Shown: positions 11,921 through 25,447 of the stretch, piece by piece
Layout: each line of letters begins with the position of its first letter
How positions within the stretch are numbered: the stretch's first letter is position 1
Source: Psammoneis japonica
Taxonomy: Eukaryota
Direction of reading: 5' to 3'
NCBI GenBank assembly: GCA_008632985.1
Contig: QPGO01000051.1
Coordinates: 248,001-312,000, forward strand
Length of the DNA stretch: 64,000 bases
Notes under the pieces: model-generated
The model's database searches: none
Told to the model about the DNA's origin: nothing
What the model saw: only the letters and a program-made list of their open reading frames with translations
Position numbers and translations under genes: made by a program

Positions 11921-13971
11921 CTACTGAATGATTTTCTTTATCCGTCGAACGCGTTTCATAAAGAACTCTTTTGCAATGCGCATCATTACACGACGCCATC
12001 CAACCGAAGTAGCCAAGTCCCAGTATATCCTGCGCTTTCTGTATCCAGTCAACAAAGACCAGTCATTCAGCAGCGTCATGAAACGAACGGGGTCAAACAA
12101 CCTCGTCTCTGGCGAGCGACAAATTTCCAGAAAGGTTTCCTCAGCTCGTTTCGAGACTTTTGGGTTTAGCATCAAGTGATTGATCGAATATGGGTAAATC
12201 ACACGCAGAATATTAAAGTTGGGATCGAGTTTCAAGGCAATGCCCTCCAACGTAGCGAGAGTTCGGACATTGTTTAGAAAGTATGGCGGAACCGAAAACT
12301 CGAAACTTGCAATGAGTTCCGAAAGTGACGCTAGTGCATGATCAAAGCGCACTCGCGGCAGTTCTGTCAGGCGTCCTTTGTATTCCGTGGCCAGACAAGC
12401 ATGTCATCCAAGGCTTGCTTCAATGCATTCACAAACTCTTCTCTATCCTCGGGTTCCTTCAGCTGCTCCTCGGGCAACAAACCAAGGTCTACACAAAGGT
12501 CGGCAACTGCATCAATGTTGCGAGCAAAGACAAGTTGACAGGTTGCACAAACAATGCCATCCTGAAATCGCTGAGGAACGGAGCTGACCAATCCAAAGTC
12601 GAGATAACCCAACTCGGTTTTGCCAGAATCGGTGCGAACCTTGAGAATGTTTCCTGTATGGGGGTCCAAATGGACGAGGCCCGTGGTCAATAGCTGAGAT
12701 AGGGATATCTCGATTGCTTTCCGAATTAAATTCAGGTTTTCTTCTAGCTCTGCCTCGGGATCACCGCAATCAAATGACCCACATATATCGGTCAACTTTG
12801 TGCCTTTGATCCACTCCATGACAATGACTCGGTTGGTGCTTAGCTCTGGAATAAGTTCTGGGACAACAATTTTCACGTCCGGTGCGGTACCGCGCTTGTG
12901 GCAATACATGTCGGCAAACAATTTCATATTTTTCGCTTCTCGCTCAAAGTCCATATCCTCCAATACGCGAGCAGTAAACTCGTCAACCGTTTTGACAAAC
13001 TGTGCGGATTTGAAAAAGGGCTCGCCCGGGACCAGAGGGAACCAGTTTGGCCACTTTAATTGCTCCAACCAAATTGCCACTGAGTGAAAGAGGGTAGCAT
13101 CTTTCTCGACAGTCTTTCGGATTCCGGGTCGCTGAACCTTGACGGCAACGTCGCCGTATCCGGGCAATCTCGCTTTGTACACTTGTGCAATACTGGCAGC
13201 GGCAATGGGCTGCGCTGAGAAGCTATTCAAGAAGGCATCGAAATCATCAGTATTTGTCAAGTAAAGCTGGTTCTTTTTCTTCAACCTAATTTTCATCATT
13301 TCACGTCGAATTATTCTCTTGGCAGTATTATTGTCGAACGGAAGCATGCTGTCTTGCAAGTTGGCAAGTGCCTCTGCAAGCGGCGGGTGGAGAATGTCTG
13401 GCCGTGTCGCTAGAGCTTGACCGAGCTTCACGAATGTCGGGCCCAGTGTCGGAAGGCCTTGAGCGACTCTCTGAGCATTCGTCAACTTTCCTCGTGTAAG
13501 TAGCCAGAACTCATCCCAGTCTCGCGAGCTTGCTGCTAATTGAGGACCTTGCCTCACAAAGCTGCAAACAAGCGGCCGGACGATTTTGCCGCTGAGGACT
13601 GTAGTAATTTCCATCAAACGTCGAAACGTCTTTCTCTTCCCCACCGATTGATGGAATTGAAGATACTTTTCATGAGCCGTTTGATCACTGAGATGCAAAG
13701 GCCCAAGCCGATTGAACGGTTTTCGTGTCGGATTCCTTGCGAGAACACTACTTGTTGAGAACGACCTGCAATGTTGCCAGCACACTACAAGTAGCAAACA
13801 TAGTAATCTTGGACGTAAGTTTTGCTTTTCCATCGTTAGTTTCATTGCTAGAATTCGGACGGGAACGATGATTCGAACAGCCAACGCGAAGAAAAACGGT
13901 GTCATCATCATCGCACTCCGTTCTTGTTTTCCCGCTCGAAAATCCATCCGCGTTCCGAAGAGTGACGTCAT
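11921..13971 (-). CDS. ABC1/UbiB-family atypical kinase, likely organelle-targeted (frameshift near 12389; true start probably internal)
   Basis: LGPTFVKLGQ, AAASIAQVYKA, VAVKVQRP, HLDPHTGN, YLDFGLV; restoring one C joins to ...VPPYF...LEGIALKLDPNF. Confidence 0.9.
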
Positions 13972-14069
13972 CGGTGTCGATACGCGCGATCTATCTTCAA
14001 GTCTGTCGTGTTCGCGTGTCCGCCTCTATCTACTGTAACTCCATCAGAACAGCACTGCACAAGCTTCTA

Positions 14070-14215
14070 AACTCTCTCTACTCTCTACTCTAGCTAGCTA
14101 GCTACTTAGTAGTAGTATTAGCTAGCTACTAGTAGCTGGCAACTCTAGAGTAGAAGCACTCTACTCTCTAGAGAGCTAGCTAGAGTAAAGCCCTTTAGCT
14201 AGCTATTAGTAGATA
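14070..14215. repeat. CTAG/TAG-rich low-complexity intergenic tract
   Basis: tagctagctagctacttagtagtagtattagctagctactagtag...ctctagag...gctagctagag. Confidence 0.8.
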
Positions 14216-14782
14216 GAAGCAGACATGATCAAAGATCAAGTCTAAGCAAATCCAGAAACGCTTCTTGTCTAGCCTGTGAAACATGTGAACTAATGTTTCG
14301 GATCTCTAGCTGTTCATGGCAACATGATGTAGACAAAAGAAGGGGAGAGACAAGCTCATGGGAATCGTGGATAAAGCAAAGACGATCCAATGAACCAGGT
14401 AACATTCTATTCTAGAGAAGCAGATATCAAGGCGAGAAACGCAACTGCGTACACTACGTCCGGTTTCTTCTCCTCGAGAGCGAAACAATAGGAGAGCAAG
14501 ACGTGGAACGAGAGACTCGCCAGAGACTCGTTTTGAAGAAGGCAAGCGAGCCATTTTCCGATGGAATCGAAACATGCAAGACGCAAAGAAAGTGAATGTA
14601 TATTATTACATATGTCCATCGAACCCTCATGTATGGTTCAATAGCTTGAGCACAGCTCCCACAGAACTTCTCTACAACCACCACCGTTTGTTCCACTCTC
14701 TAGTAGAGAGGTTTTTCCGGCGTTGTTGGCTTTTCGTGTTCCTTGGTCCATGCGCAGAAGTACGTACGCAATACAGTTGTTG

Positions 14783-17700
14783 TCATCTCTGAGCTGCCTC
14801 CAACCTGCTGGTTTCGTCCTCTTCGGGGATCTTTGAAATTTGCTCACCAGCGCCTTCATCTTCTGCCAGCTGCCCAATGACCTCTAGCTGGGCTCGAGAT
14901 AGCTCCGTTCCATTCGAAAGCTCCAAATTCCGAAGAGACTGGTCGAAGAACAACGCGCAAGAGAGAATAAGACGAATGCATTTTCGGAGAGAAAGGGAAA
15001 AGAGGCCGTGTACTTCTACATAGAGAACTCTGACGTACCCTTGGATTGTGTGTAATTCGGATACCACCGGCTTCTGGTTTGTCTGATTTCAACGCGCCAG
15101 ACAAACCAAACCGCGACATCCTCCCGGAACCTTTCTTTCCTCCGATAGGACGGTTTTTCTTGGATGAGCTAGATGCTCTGCCGAGATAACGACTAAAGGA
15201 ACCGCCCCCATCGACCTTCATCGACAAGGACTGGGCTGCAACACGTGTCGTATCATCCGCAGAATGCCGATGATCTTGTGCCACGTCGTCATGGTTTCCA
15301 TTTAAATGAATCCCTTCATCACACGGCGCTTTAAATTCAGACGAATTCATCTTTTTTTCTTCTTCAAAATCAGAATGGGCTTCGTCTTCAGGCAACTCCT
15401 TGATCTCCCCTGCGACAGCAGCTGCGGCAGTAACACCACCCGATGGCTCTTTAATGGAAAGTCCCCAATGTGACGCAACCGCCGGGTTGGAGCGCTCTTC
15501 TTCTTCAGCTACAACAGCTGCAGCTGCGGCTGCCACAGCGGAAGCAGCCATGGCGGTGGCTGCAAGCGTTTCAGAATCTTCATATTCCTCTTCATTCTGG
15601 AAGCGTATTCGGTGCTGTCGGAAAGACTGAAGCTTGGAATCTTCGATTGCGCTCTTGAATTCCTTTCGTAAAGCGCGAATCTTGGGGACAAAAATGAGTA
15701 ATAGCACTGCCAACGCCGTAACAAAGATAATACCTGATTGTACGTAAAACTTGGCCTGAGGCTGGTCCCACACCACAATCAAAATCGGAATACCCATGCA
15801 CCATGCCTGCAAGAAAGCAGCCATGCTAATGCCAATGTACCGACTCTCGTTGTATTCGGTTTCAATGTTACGCGACTTGTAGGATTGAAAGTTGGCAACG
15901 ACAAGAATGCCCATGTTTACCACCAACATGGTGATAACAAATGGCAAAGCATTCTCGTTGCTGCAAGTCGCATAAGACTCAGTGTCCCTATTAAACATGT
16001 CCACGGATCCATCAATAACTCGGTCCCACTCCAACGGAGCCACTAGAGTCCATGCAAGCAAAATGACAAAGTTGACACCAAACAGTGCTACAAAAGTAAT
16101 GAAAAAGTCGAATGGCGTGACGAGAATTTTGTCCAACGCTGGGTCCTTATATGCCTATCAGAAATGTAAGAAAGGAAAGCAAACTGCCGTCAACACCGAG
16201 ATTCATGCCGTTGAGACTTAACAACGACAACAAAAAACAGCGTACCTTGTAAATTCCTCGTGTCTTTGCAAACAGAGCACTAAAGGCAATACTGGCACCC
16301 GTCAGGTAGACCCACGGGGACGCCATACACGCTGCATCCAAATTCTCGACAGGTTCTTCTAGACTAAGAGGAATAATGGTGCACGCCATGACAAAGGTCC
16401 CAAAGCTCACCATGATCAAGAAGAGCTGTTGAGATTGACGCACTACCGCCATGTCGCGGTAGCATACCATCCAGATAAACGACACGATGGAACAAAACAT
16501 GACAATCGCCATGAGTGTGTATCCCACCGCCTGTCCAACTGAACCGATCAAATTCATATCCATGTTGACTGGTGGCAAACCCAAGGGAGCAGTGGTAGTT
16601 CCGTCGTTATAAACATACGGACTTCCCTCGATCTCCTTCCATCCCTCCTCCGAGAAGGAGTGAGTAGGAACAAACTTGAATTGAACACGGCCATCATCGT
16701 CAAGCTCCTCATAGTCCTGAACATTCCACACAGTGTAGGTTAACGTGTTGTGATCCCTCGTCCCTGTATCAGGCTTGATTAGGACATTGCCCGACGCGCC
16801 TTCAAAATCAAGCTCAGAAAAGATTTTGTAGACCTCTTCACCTGCAAAAAAGTCCTCTTGTGCCCCACACATGCTTACACCTAATGCAATGATGGCATCA
16901 TAGACGAGCGGGCTAAAAGATCCCGGTTCAGGTGAAAAAGGGGCTGTCCGATCAAATCCACTGACATTCTCCAATGACTCTGGGAGACGGGATCGAACAT
17001 AGTCGACAAATTGTTGATCTTGTACCGACCTACGCCACAAAACTCGAAATTGTTCATAGGACGATTCAGGATTTTCTTCAAGCGGAAAGCCTTCGTTTGC
17101 ATTTGGAAGAATCGGTTTCAGGACGTTCCCTCCTGAGAACCCAACCATGCCGATACCCCGCGTCGCTTTTGCCAACGGCGAGTCTGAGGATAGAGAGGGT
17201 TAAAACGAAAAGATATGTAAGAAAGCATTCACCATACCATTGTACAGAAACGACACTACAAACGTAATGACAAAGCAGCATCAATCGTATACTGACTCAC
17301 TTGGCTCAAACGCTGCGTTTCGTTGAAAGGTCTTTAATTGAAATGCGGGAAAGTACCACAAAAAGTCTTCCCCAACTATTCCTTCTTCCAGTGCTGCCGT
17401 CATGATTGGTTTGTAATGGTCTTCAAAGGCAATGGCATAAAAGACTCTGATTTGTGTATTCTTGAGAGACTGAATTGCAGTTTTCATTTCCGCTCCGTCT
17501 GGATCGGCCGAAAAGCTAAAGGCCACCGACTCGGTGAGTAGCCCTTGTTCTGCAGCTGCATCTTGGAAAGCTTTTTGCAAGGCTGATCCATAGGCATCCG
17601 TCACAAACAAGACAGCCACATGGGAATAATTTGTGGCTTGGGTGAAAAAGTCCACCGCCACTTGTGCGTCTCCTACCGAACTCGAGCAGACTCGACCAAA

Positions 17701-18357
17701 GGTGGGATATTGTTCAGTCACATCAAAGTCTGATGATGTAGACCCATAAGAAATTTGCGTCACATTGTTGACCCCACTGAGAATTGCCAAGGGTGACGTA
17801 GTGGCGGACCGGTATGCTCCCACCACGGCTGATGGAAGCGGTGTCTCGAGAGAATGATTTCTCTGCAATATCTGCGTCAAGATTCGTGTACTTGTAATCG
17901 GATTAAAGGACGTATCAAAGAGCTCGGTCGTCAATCGCACATTACAATCCTTTGGTATAAGTCTCCCTACATCTAACGGATGCGAATGGTGCGGATTATT
18001 GAAATTCCACGTGGCCAACATGGCTGCAAACGCATCGTTGTTGACGTCTTCTCGTATAAAAGCACGTTCGTCTGTCCCGTTGGAGAAGGGCAGAAAACAA
18101 GAAATATCCACCAATCGAAAATCACGATTGTCGTAATCTTTAATATAAAACACATTGCTGCTGCCATTGGAAGCCTCGACGGTGGTAGATCTATCCAACA
18201 AGAAGTCGCTGCGAATGTCATCGTAGTAGGAAAGTGATGTATCGTTCGGCGCAACAGCAGAACAGACGTTTGTTATTATTGTCACGAATATCAGCACTGC
18301 ATAAAAACATGAAAGCGATACTGATGGCTGTTTATGATGTTGTTGTTGTCGTGTCAT
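14783..18357 (-). CDS. Class C (GABA-B-like) GPCR with Venus-flytrap/ANF-receptor domain and 7TM; introns 17300-17184, 16245-16155, 15038-14939
   Basis: Signal peptide; VVGAYRSATTSPLA and QISYGSTS binding-domain motifs; 7tm_3 features (VVRQSQQLFL, ALFAKT, EYNESRYI, LIFVPK); three GT-AG introns keep the frame. Confidence 0.9.
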
Positions 18358-19016
18358 GGTTCTGGTGTTTCAAGGAGTAGGTGGAAAGGATGTGGGTGCT
18401 GTAATTCACAACATACCGCTGCTCATGGTTGTGTCTGCGAAGTCCTGATGATTGAGAATGCACGATCCCTGCGCTCTGCTTCTCAGTAGCTCTTCGTATA
18501 AAAGCTTCGTAGGGAGGACATGCGTTAATCGTTGCTTCGTCATTCAAAGAAGATGTACAGCCCTATCAATATTCGGCTGTCTTACCAAACCACATGGGCA
18601 GAATCGACTCCAAACATGGACAAAACTACAAGCAGACAAAGTTCTGCTGACGCAAAAAGCGCGGGAACTTCTTCGAATTCATGAACTTTATTCAGAAACG
18701 AATAAAGTGAGTGTTTGTCTGCTGACACTCGTTTTTTGTCACACTCACCACTCGTTGCTCTCCATCATGCACAACACGCACCTGGCTCATTATTTTCTTT
18801 TTTGTTCTGAAGTGGTCGTTGCTGCTACTATTTTTGTTGTCAGTGATTGTTCTTACACAATCTTGGAGAATCTTGACACGTTATTGAATCATCCATTGCT
18901 ATTGCTATTTTGCTACGCTCTGACTCTCCCTAGTCATAGCACCCTCCTATTCGGCCTCTCGTTGCCGAAATCATTATTCTTATTCCAGACTTCTTGCACT
19001 ACATAAGCATTGCCCC

Positions 19017-22000
19017 ATGGCGTCTTCTTCTTCTTCTTTACAAGAGAACGACGAACAACAAGTCGTTCTGGATGACTTTTCGTACGATGGAATTCCTGAA
19101 ACAGATGCGTCCTTACCATCTCGATTGACCTTTTTCTGGATGAGACCCATGTTTCGTCGAGCTGCATATTTGCATCGTCATGGACAAGCACTGGAGCACG
19201 AGGACTTGTTGCCACTTCCAGAAAAAGATCATGGTGCAACAGTACAGCCTATTTTCGACAAGGCGTGGGATGAGCATAACGCAAAAGCAAAAAACATAAA
19301 CAAAGTTGACGATGATTCAGCATCCTCGTGGAGCTCTACGCGAGTACTGAGAAAGTCACTGTGGTCCGTCATTGGGAAGAAAATGATTGGAGCTGGGTTT
19401 GTGAAAGTCTTTAATACAGCCCTGCAGTTTGGGTACCCGCTATTGCTAAATGCCATATTGAAATTCATTGAAGACATGCAAGCGGGCAAGCTCGACGAGA
19501 GTGAGCAAAACCGAGGCTACTGGTTGGGAGCGCTCTTGTTTTGTATCATGGCTCTCAAGGCCATGATGGAGAACCTTTACTTTCAAACCGTCTATCGCGC
19601 CTCATTTCAAGCTCGTGTCGCCGTATCGTGTGCCGTATACGAAAAGGCACTCCGCATGGCCAACTCGGAGCGACAAGGAACGACGCTCGGAGAGTTAGTG
19701 AATCTCATGCAAGTCGATGCAACCAAGATTGAAATGTTTATTCCACAGTTTCATGTCTTGTGGGACGGACTTTTGCAAATCGTTGGGTACATGGTAATTC
19801 TGTACACTCTTATTGGCTGGCCGTGCTTTGCCGGCCTCATTGTAATGATGCTCTCGGCGCCCGTCCAAACCATGCTCATGGGGAAGCAATTTGCTCTCAA
19901 CCGCCACATGGTGCAGTACACGGATTCTCGTGTAAAAAGCACCAATGAAGCACTGCAAGGGATTCGCTGTGTCAAAATGTACTCATGGGAAGAGTCCTTT
20001 TTCCGCTTGATTGCAAAAAGCCGAGACATGGAAATGGGTGTAGTCAAGGAGACCCAATATCTCCGTGGATTCTCAAGGGCATATATGGAAGCGTTGCCTG
20101 GAATTGTGGCTGTAACATCGTTTGTTGTTTACGCCCTTGCAACAGATAATGCCAACATTTCGGCATCCACACTGTTTGCGGCATTGGCCGCCTTTGATCA
20201 ATTGCGCTTCCCGCTATTGTTTTATCCCATGACCTTGGCGCAGTTGGCTCAGGCGGCTGTGAGTGCCGTTCGCGTAGAGAAGTTTCTTCAGTATCGCGAA
20301 GTTGGGAGCGTCTCGGACGATGAAGATCACAAGGGAGGGAGCTACACGAGAAACCAAGAAGGCTCCAAGGGCGAAATCCGCGTGGAGGAAGCTACTATCT
20401 ACTGGCAAGATCCAGATGTTCCAATTGCCTCTGTTAGTCAGCATAGTAGCGTTAGTATGAGTGCCAAATCAGTCTCCAAGTCCGTTGATGGGGACAGCAA
20501 GTCTGTCGCTGACGAGCAGACAGCCGACGTGGACGAAAGTGGATCGGATCATGCGTTTAGTGAGGAAGAACCCATCAAGAACTATCCCAAGCCCATTCTC
20601 AGCGACACATCGCTCAATATTGCACCCGGTGAGCTCTGCGCTGTTGTGGGACGCGTGGGATGCGGAAAAAGTACTCTGTGTAATGCCATTCTCAACGAGA
20701 CTGTCCTTGGCGGTGGTCACATTGCGCTCAACGGCAGCGTTGCATATGCGGCGCAGACGCCTTGGGTACTCAACGCCACTTTGAGAGACAATATTCTGTT
20801 TGGGATGCCCATGGACAAGGAAAAATATGACAAAGTCATTGATGCATGTCAGTTACGACATGATTTATCGCTTTTGAAGCACGGTGATCTGACCGAGATT
20901 GGGGAGAGAGGCATCAATCTCTCTGGTGGCCAAAAGCAGCGTGTCAGTGTTGCTCGTGCGGCTTACTCAAATGCCGATGTGGTCATTCTCGACGACCCAC
21001 TGTCGGCGCTGGATCCCGCTGTGGCGATGCAATTGTTTCATGAATGCATCGTCAAGTTCATGAAGGGGAGAACGAGGCTACTGGTTACGAACGCGTTGCA
21101 ATGTGTCCACCTTTGTGATTCGATCGTCGCTCTTGGTCACGGTAGAGTAATCGAGAAGGGCACCTACGAAGAGCTTAGCAAGAATGACGGTGGAGAAGTT
21201 CAGAGACTTTTGCAAGATTTGAAGAAGAAATCGTCGGGTGGGGACAAGAAAACCGAGTCCGATGACGATGAAACGGCCGAAGAAGCCGGAGACGACGAAG
21301 AAGACGCTACTGCTACAGAGCAACAGACAACTGCGCAAAAAGATGATGCCAAGCTTGTCACCAAAGAGGAACGAAATATCGGAGCTGTGTCGTGGTCAAT
21401 TTACAAGCGGTACTTTGTGTCGGGAGGTGGTTACGTGGCGTTTGCTTTCGTGTTCTTCTGGTTTATTCTGTGCTCTGCTAACAGCCTGATGAACTCGGTT
21501 TGGGTAACACTTTGGACGAGTGACTCTGACTACGAGCGCCAGTCCCAGGGGTTCTACCTTGGGTTGTATGGGTTGACAGCAGTAACCCTTGGAGTGTTCA
21601 CCTTCTTTCGGACTGCTTTTCTATCGCGCTTCGGTGTCAATGCATCGACGCGCTTGCACGAAAACCTTCTTTCTTCCGTGCTGCATGCCACCATGGCTTT
21701 CTTTGATACCACCCCAACAGGCAGAGTCCTGTCGCGATTCAGTAAAGATATGCATTCGATCGATCAAGAACTGTCGATTCAAATGGATTTCTTCTTTTTT
21801 GCGGCGCTGACCGTGATGGTCGCTCTTGGTACCATTTTGTTTGTGACGCCATGGTTTGGAGTTGCCGTTGTTCCGATCATGTTTGTGTACTACAAAGTCC
21901 TCAACTACTTTCGCGAAGTTTCGCGAGAAACAAAACGCCTTGAGAGCATTTCGAGGTCTCCTGTATATGCTCACTTTTCTGAAACCCTAGGCGGTCTCCC

Positions 22001-23443
22001 AGAAATCAGGTATGAGTTTTTCGCAACGAGTCTAGATGTGGATTATCGACTTTGAATCTCAGTCATCTTCATTTTATTTTTCTTTGGTTTGCTACGCAGA
22101 GCTTATGGTCAAACTACTAGATTTTTGGACAATTTCGAGGGCAAGATCGATCAGAACACGAGGGCAAACTACTGCAATAAGTCTGCGGATCGTTGGTTAG
22201 CTGTTCGCCTCGAGACAATCGGCGCTACCATTGCCAGTTGCGCGGCTATTTTCGCTGTTCAAGTTGTTGTATCGGACGGTGCTTCTGCTCAGAGAAGCGA
22301 CGATAACTTTGCGTCGCTCGCTGGACTCTCCCTGACGTATGCAATCTCCGTCACTTCATTGTTGAATTGGTGTGTACGGACATTTGCGCAACTGGAGGCG
22401 GCAATGAATTCATGCGAGCGTGTCTTGTATTACACTGACGAAATTGAGCATGAGGCGCCATCTTCGTCCAAAGAGCTACAGGACCACGTCGACTCGTTGC
22501 AATCCGATAAGCCAGACAAGTCTGATCCATCCGCTTATGCAGTTGTAGCAGCCGGCGGCACGATCAATCCGCCGCCTGAGTGGCCGACGCAGGGTGCAAT
22601 CACGTTCAAGAATTTGTTTATGCGTTATCGTCCTGAAACCCCTCTAGTATTGAAGGGCTTGAATGTGGCAATCGCAGGTGGAGAGCGCGTTGGAGTTGTG
22701 GGAAGGTAAGCAATGCTTTTCCTCCTCGTTACTTTCCATCACTTTCTTGTTCTCATCGTTGTTGCTAACCGCCACGCCATTATTTTGCTCTTCATAGGAC
22801 TGGAAGTGGCAAGAGTTCCCTTTTGCTGAGTTTGTTGCGTATGGTTGAGCCAGACTTATCCCAAACAGCCAATGACTATCAACCTCCCCTTCAGATAGAT
22901 GGTGTTGACCTATTACGAATCGGACTGAGGGATCTCCGAAGCAAGCTTGGGATCATCCCGCAGAACCCTGTTCTATTCTCTGGAACTGTCAGGAGCAACA
23001 TTGACCCTTTTGACGACTACACGGACGAGCAAATCTGGAGGGCTCTTGAGCAATGTGCCATGAAGGAAGCTGTTGAAGGCATGCCAGATGGGCTTCTAGC
23101 CCCCGTTTCAGAGTACGGAGAAAATCTGAGTCAGGGCCAACGGCAGCTGTTGTGCCTTGGTAGAGCAGTGCTGAAGCAGTGCAGCGTACTGCTGTTGGAC
23201 GAGGCTACGTCTAGTGTTGACTATGAAACGGATCGCAGTATTCAGCAAACACTGCGTAACGCTTTCCCGGGAACTACTGTGTTGACCGTTGCACACCGAG
23301 TGAACACAATCATGGACAGCGACAAAATTCTTGTGATGTCAGATGGTTTGGCTGTTGAGTTCGCACCTCCGACAGAGCTTCTTAGCAAGGAAGATTCAAT
23401 TTTCTCCGAGATTGTTCGGCATGCCGAGGCGGAGCGCAACTAG
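19017..23443 (+). CDS. ABCC/MRP-family ABC transporter; introns 22010-22099 and 22706-22797
   Basis: TMD-NBD-TMD-NBD layout; Walker A GRVGCGKS and GRTGSGKS; signatures LSGGQKQR and LSQGQRQ; Walker B ILDD and LLDE. Confidence 0.95.
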
Positions 23444-24207
23444 CTACAAGCGAGAGATAGATTAGCTACCACCCTATACACGGAGTAAGAATAAATACCA
23501 ATATGTTCAAGTTTTCTGTAACCGCCAGGGCTTTTTCGTTATTCGTCTGACATCGCAACCTTTAGTGTTGGATCAAGCGATTTCTTGTTATCATAATAAT
23601 TGCCTATCCACGCCTGGATGCGGTGCGGTAACTGGGAGACTTTTGTCTCTTGCTGCACAGTTCTCAATACCAGTGTGTACGAGAAAAGTTCAGTGCAACA
23701 TCTGGTCTTTGCAACAGGAAGTGACACCATCATGACGCATGATGAATTATGATTAATTACGATAGGAAAGAAGAACACAGTCGTCAGCTGCTACACTCTC
23801 GAGAGAAAGAGAGGCACTTCGAATTTGTTGGAAGAAGAAGATGCGAGAGAGGGTAGCAAGATCAAGCTCACGATGTCGTAAAAGCCTTTCTGTACTCCAC
23901 CTATTTTTAGGTTAAGCTCTCTAATTTGCATGATCAGAAATCTCGAAGGAGTCGAAAGATAAAAGTTCGGGATCTTCGGAGCAAGGGGACAAGCGTATGA
24001 TGGATTTGATTCACCCCACGTCACTTACGAAAAGATACCAACAAGACTTACTTAGCTCTAGAAGTCAAAATTAAAAGATGCTTTATTTCTTTAGTTTTCG
24101 CATAGAGCTATTAGTAGCGTTAGTTGCCCTAGCATACGAATTCAAATCCGATTTTCCAGAGTAACCGCAGGTGGTCAAACTGTGTCTCGATGAGGAACGG
24201 TCACACC

Positions 24208-24837
24208 TTAGCTAAGGTTTTCGATGATTCCCTTGCCGTTCACAAGCTCCTGGGCCATAAAGCCAGCAGCAGCAAGCATGGCAAGACGTCCGTGCTGAAG
24301 TTCCTTGGTGGCCATGATATCGAACTCTTCGGGGTCCTCCGGTTTGAGTCCCAAGGGGTCAAATCCAATGTCACCCGGGTAGTAGTCTTCCTTGAGGAGA
24401 CCAGGCTGGTCGACCGGGACATCAGCGGGGTCGACCCATCCAATCTCGGCACGCTGCTGTTCGGCGGCACCAATTCCGGTGATAAGCAAGGCCCAGAAGA
24501 GCGGAGGGACCTGAGCAAGGTGGGTGATGGCGGGTCCGCTGATTTGGGCATCAAAGAGGAAGGAGGATCCCTCCACCTTCTCTCCGACCAAGAATCCAAC
24601 AGCAGCAAGCATGGCCACACGTCCATGAGTGACCTCGGCTTCGCGGTAACGCTTGAGGGTGTTGGCGTCGGCCTTCTCAGCGAACCCGAGAGGATCGAAG
24701 AAACCAGCCGGGGGAAGAGCGCCAGGCATGTTGTCAATGGAGAAGGCATTGAGCGAAGTGGAGGACCTGGACACAGATGCAGGAGCAAAGGCGGCGGCGG
24801 AACCGGCAAGGGCGAGGACGGAGGCAGCGAACTTCAT
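24208..24837 (-). CDS. LHCX: Lhcx (LI818-like) fucoxanthin-chlorophyll protein, Lhcx1-like
   Basis: Presequence MKFAASVLALAGSAAAFAP; FFDPLGF, REAEVTHGRVAMLA, SFLFDAQISGPAITHL, GWVDP, KELQHGRLAMLA. Confidence 0.92.
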   Translation of the reverse strand: MKFAASVLALAGSAAAFAPASVSRSSTSLNAFSIDNMPGALPPAGFFDPLGFAEKADANTLKRYREAEVTHGRVAMLAAVGFLVGEKVEGSSFLFDAQISGPAITHLAQVPPLFWALLITGIGAAEQQRAEIGWVDPADVPVDQPGLLKEDYYPGDIGFDPLGLKPEDPEEFDIMATKELQHGRLAMLAAAGFMAQELVNGKGIIENLS

Positions 24838-24966
24838 GATTGATGTATGGGGACGAGTGTTACAACTTTGGTAAATTGCAAAATATGATGAGGAAAGTGC
24901 GAGAAGTGTGGGCGAGAATCTTTTTCTTTCTCTTTTTCTCGTAAAGCGTTCTGTGTTGGATCGCGA

Positions 24967-24998
24967 TGACGTATGTTTTGTCACTTGACGCATGACGT
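24967..24998. promoter_or_regulatory. Two TGACGT motifs (bZIP/aureochrome-type) upstream of Lhcx
   Basis: TGACGT at 24967-24972 and 24993-24998, 130-160 bp upstream of the ATG. Confidence 0.45.
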
Positions 24999-25165
24999 GG
25001 CAGCCGAACGAAAAGGGAACAAAAGCAGAATACGGTACGGGAATACCGTACTGACTGTAGTACAGTATGTACAGTAGATAGACTACGTAAGAGAGATATG
25101 TATGATAAACATCAACATGCACGCACAGGCAGACAGACCTTTGCCATGATCGGAAAATTTTTTTT

Positions 25166-25257
25166 GGACGCGGAGCGTCCCTGGAGCAGGGACATTTGTC
25201 CCGCGGAGCGGGAGGGACGCGCGAAGCGCGCCCCCGAGGGACAGGGTGTCCCTCGGG
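25166..25257. other. Cluster of five GC-rich mini-hairpins, probably a mobile-element terminus
   Basis: GGACGC-GGA-GCGTCC, GGGACA-TT-TGTCCC, CCCGC-GGA-GCGGG, CGCGC-GAA-GCGCG, CCCGAGGGACA-GGG-TGTCCCTCGGG. Confidence 0.75.
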
Positions 25258-25447
25258 TCCCTCGCAAATCGGCCGGAAATCGTCGGGTTGAGCCGCCGAC
25301 CAGACCGGTCACCCTAGACGGACGACAGACGGTCCGACCACCGCACTGCCGCCGCTCGCTCGTTGCTGTTGTTGCACTGTGGCCTCTAGCTAGCTAGAGT
25401 CTACCGTTTTCATTGCGATTGTTGCAATTCGTTGCAATTGGACTTGT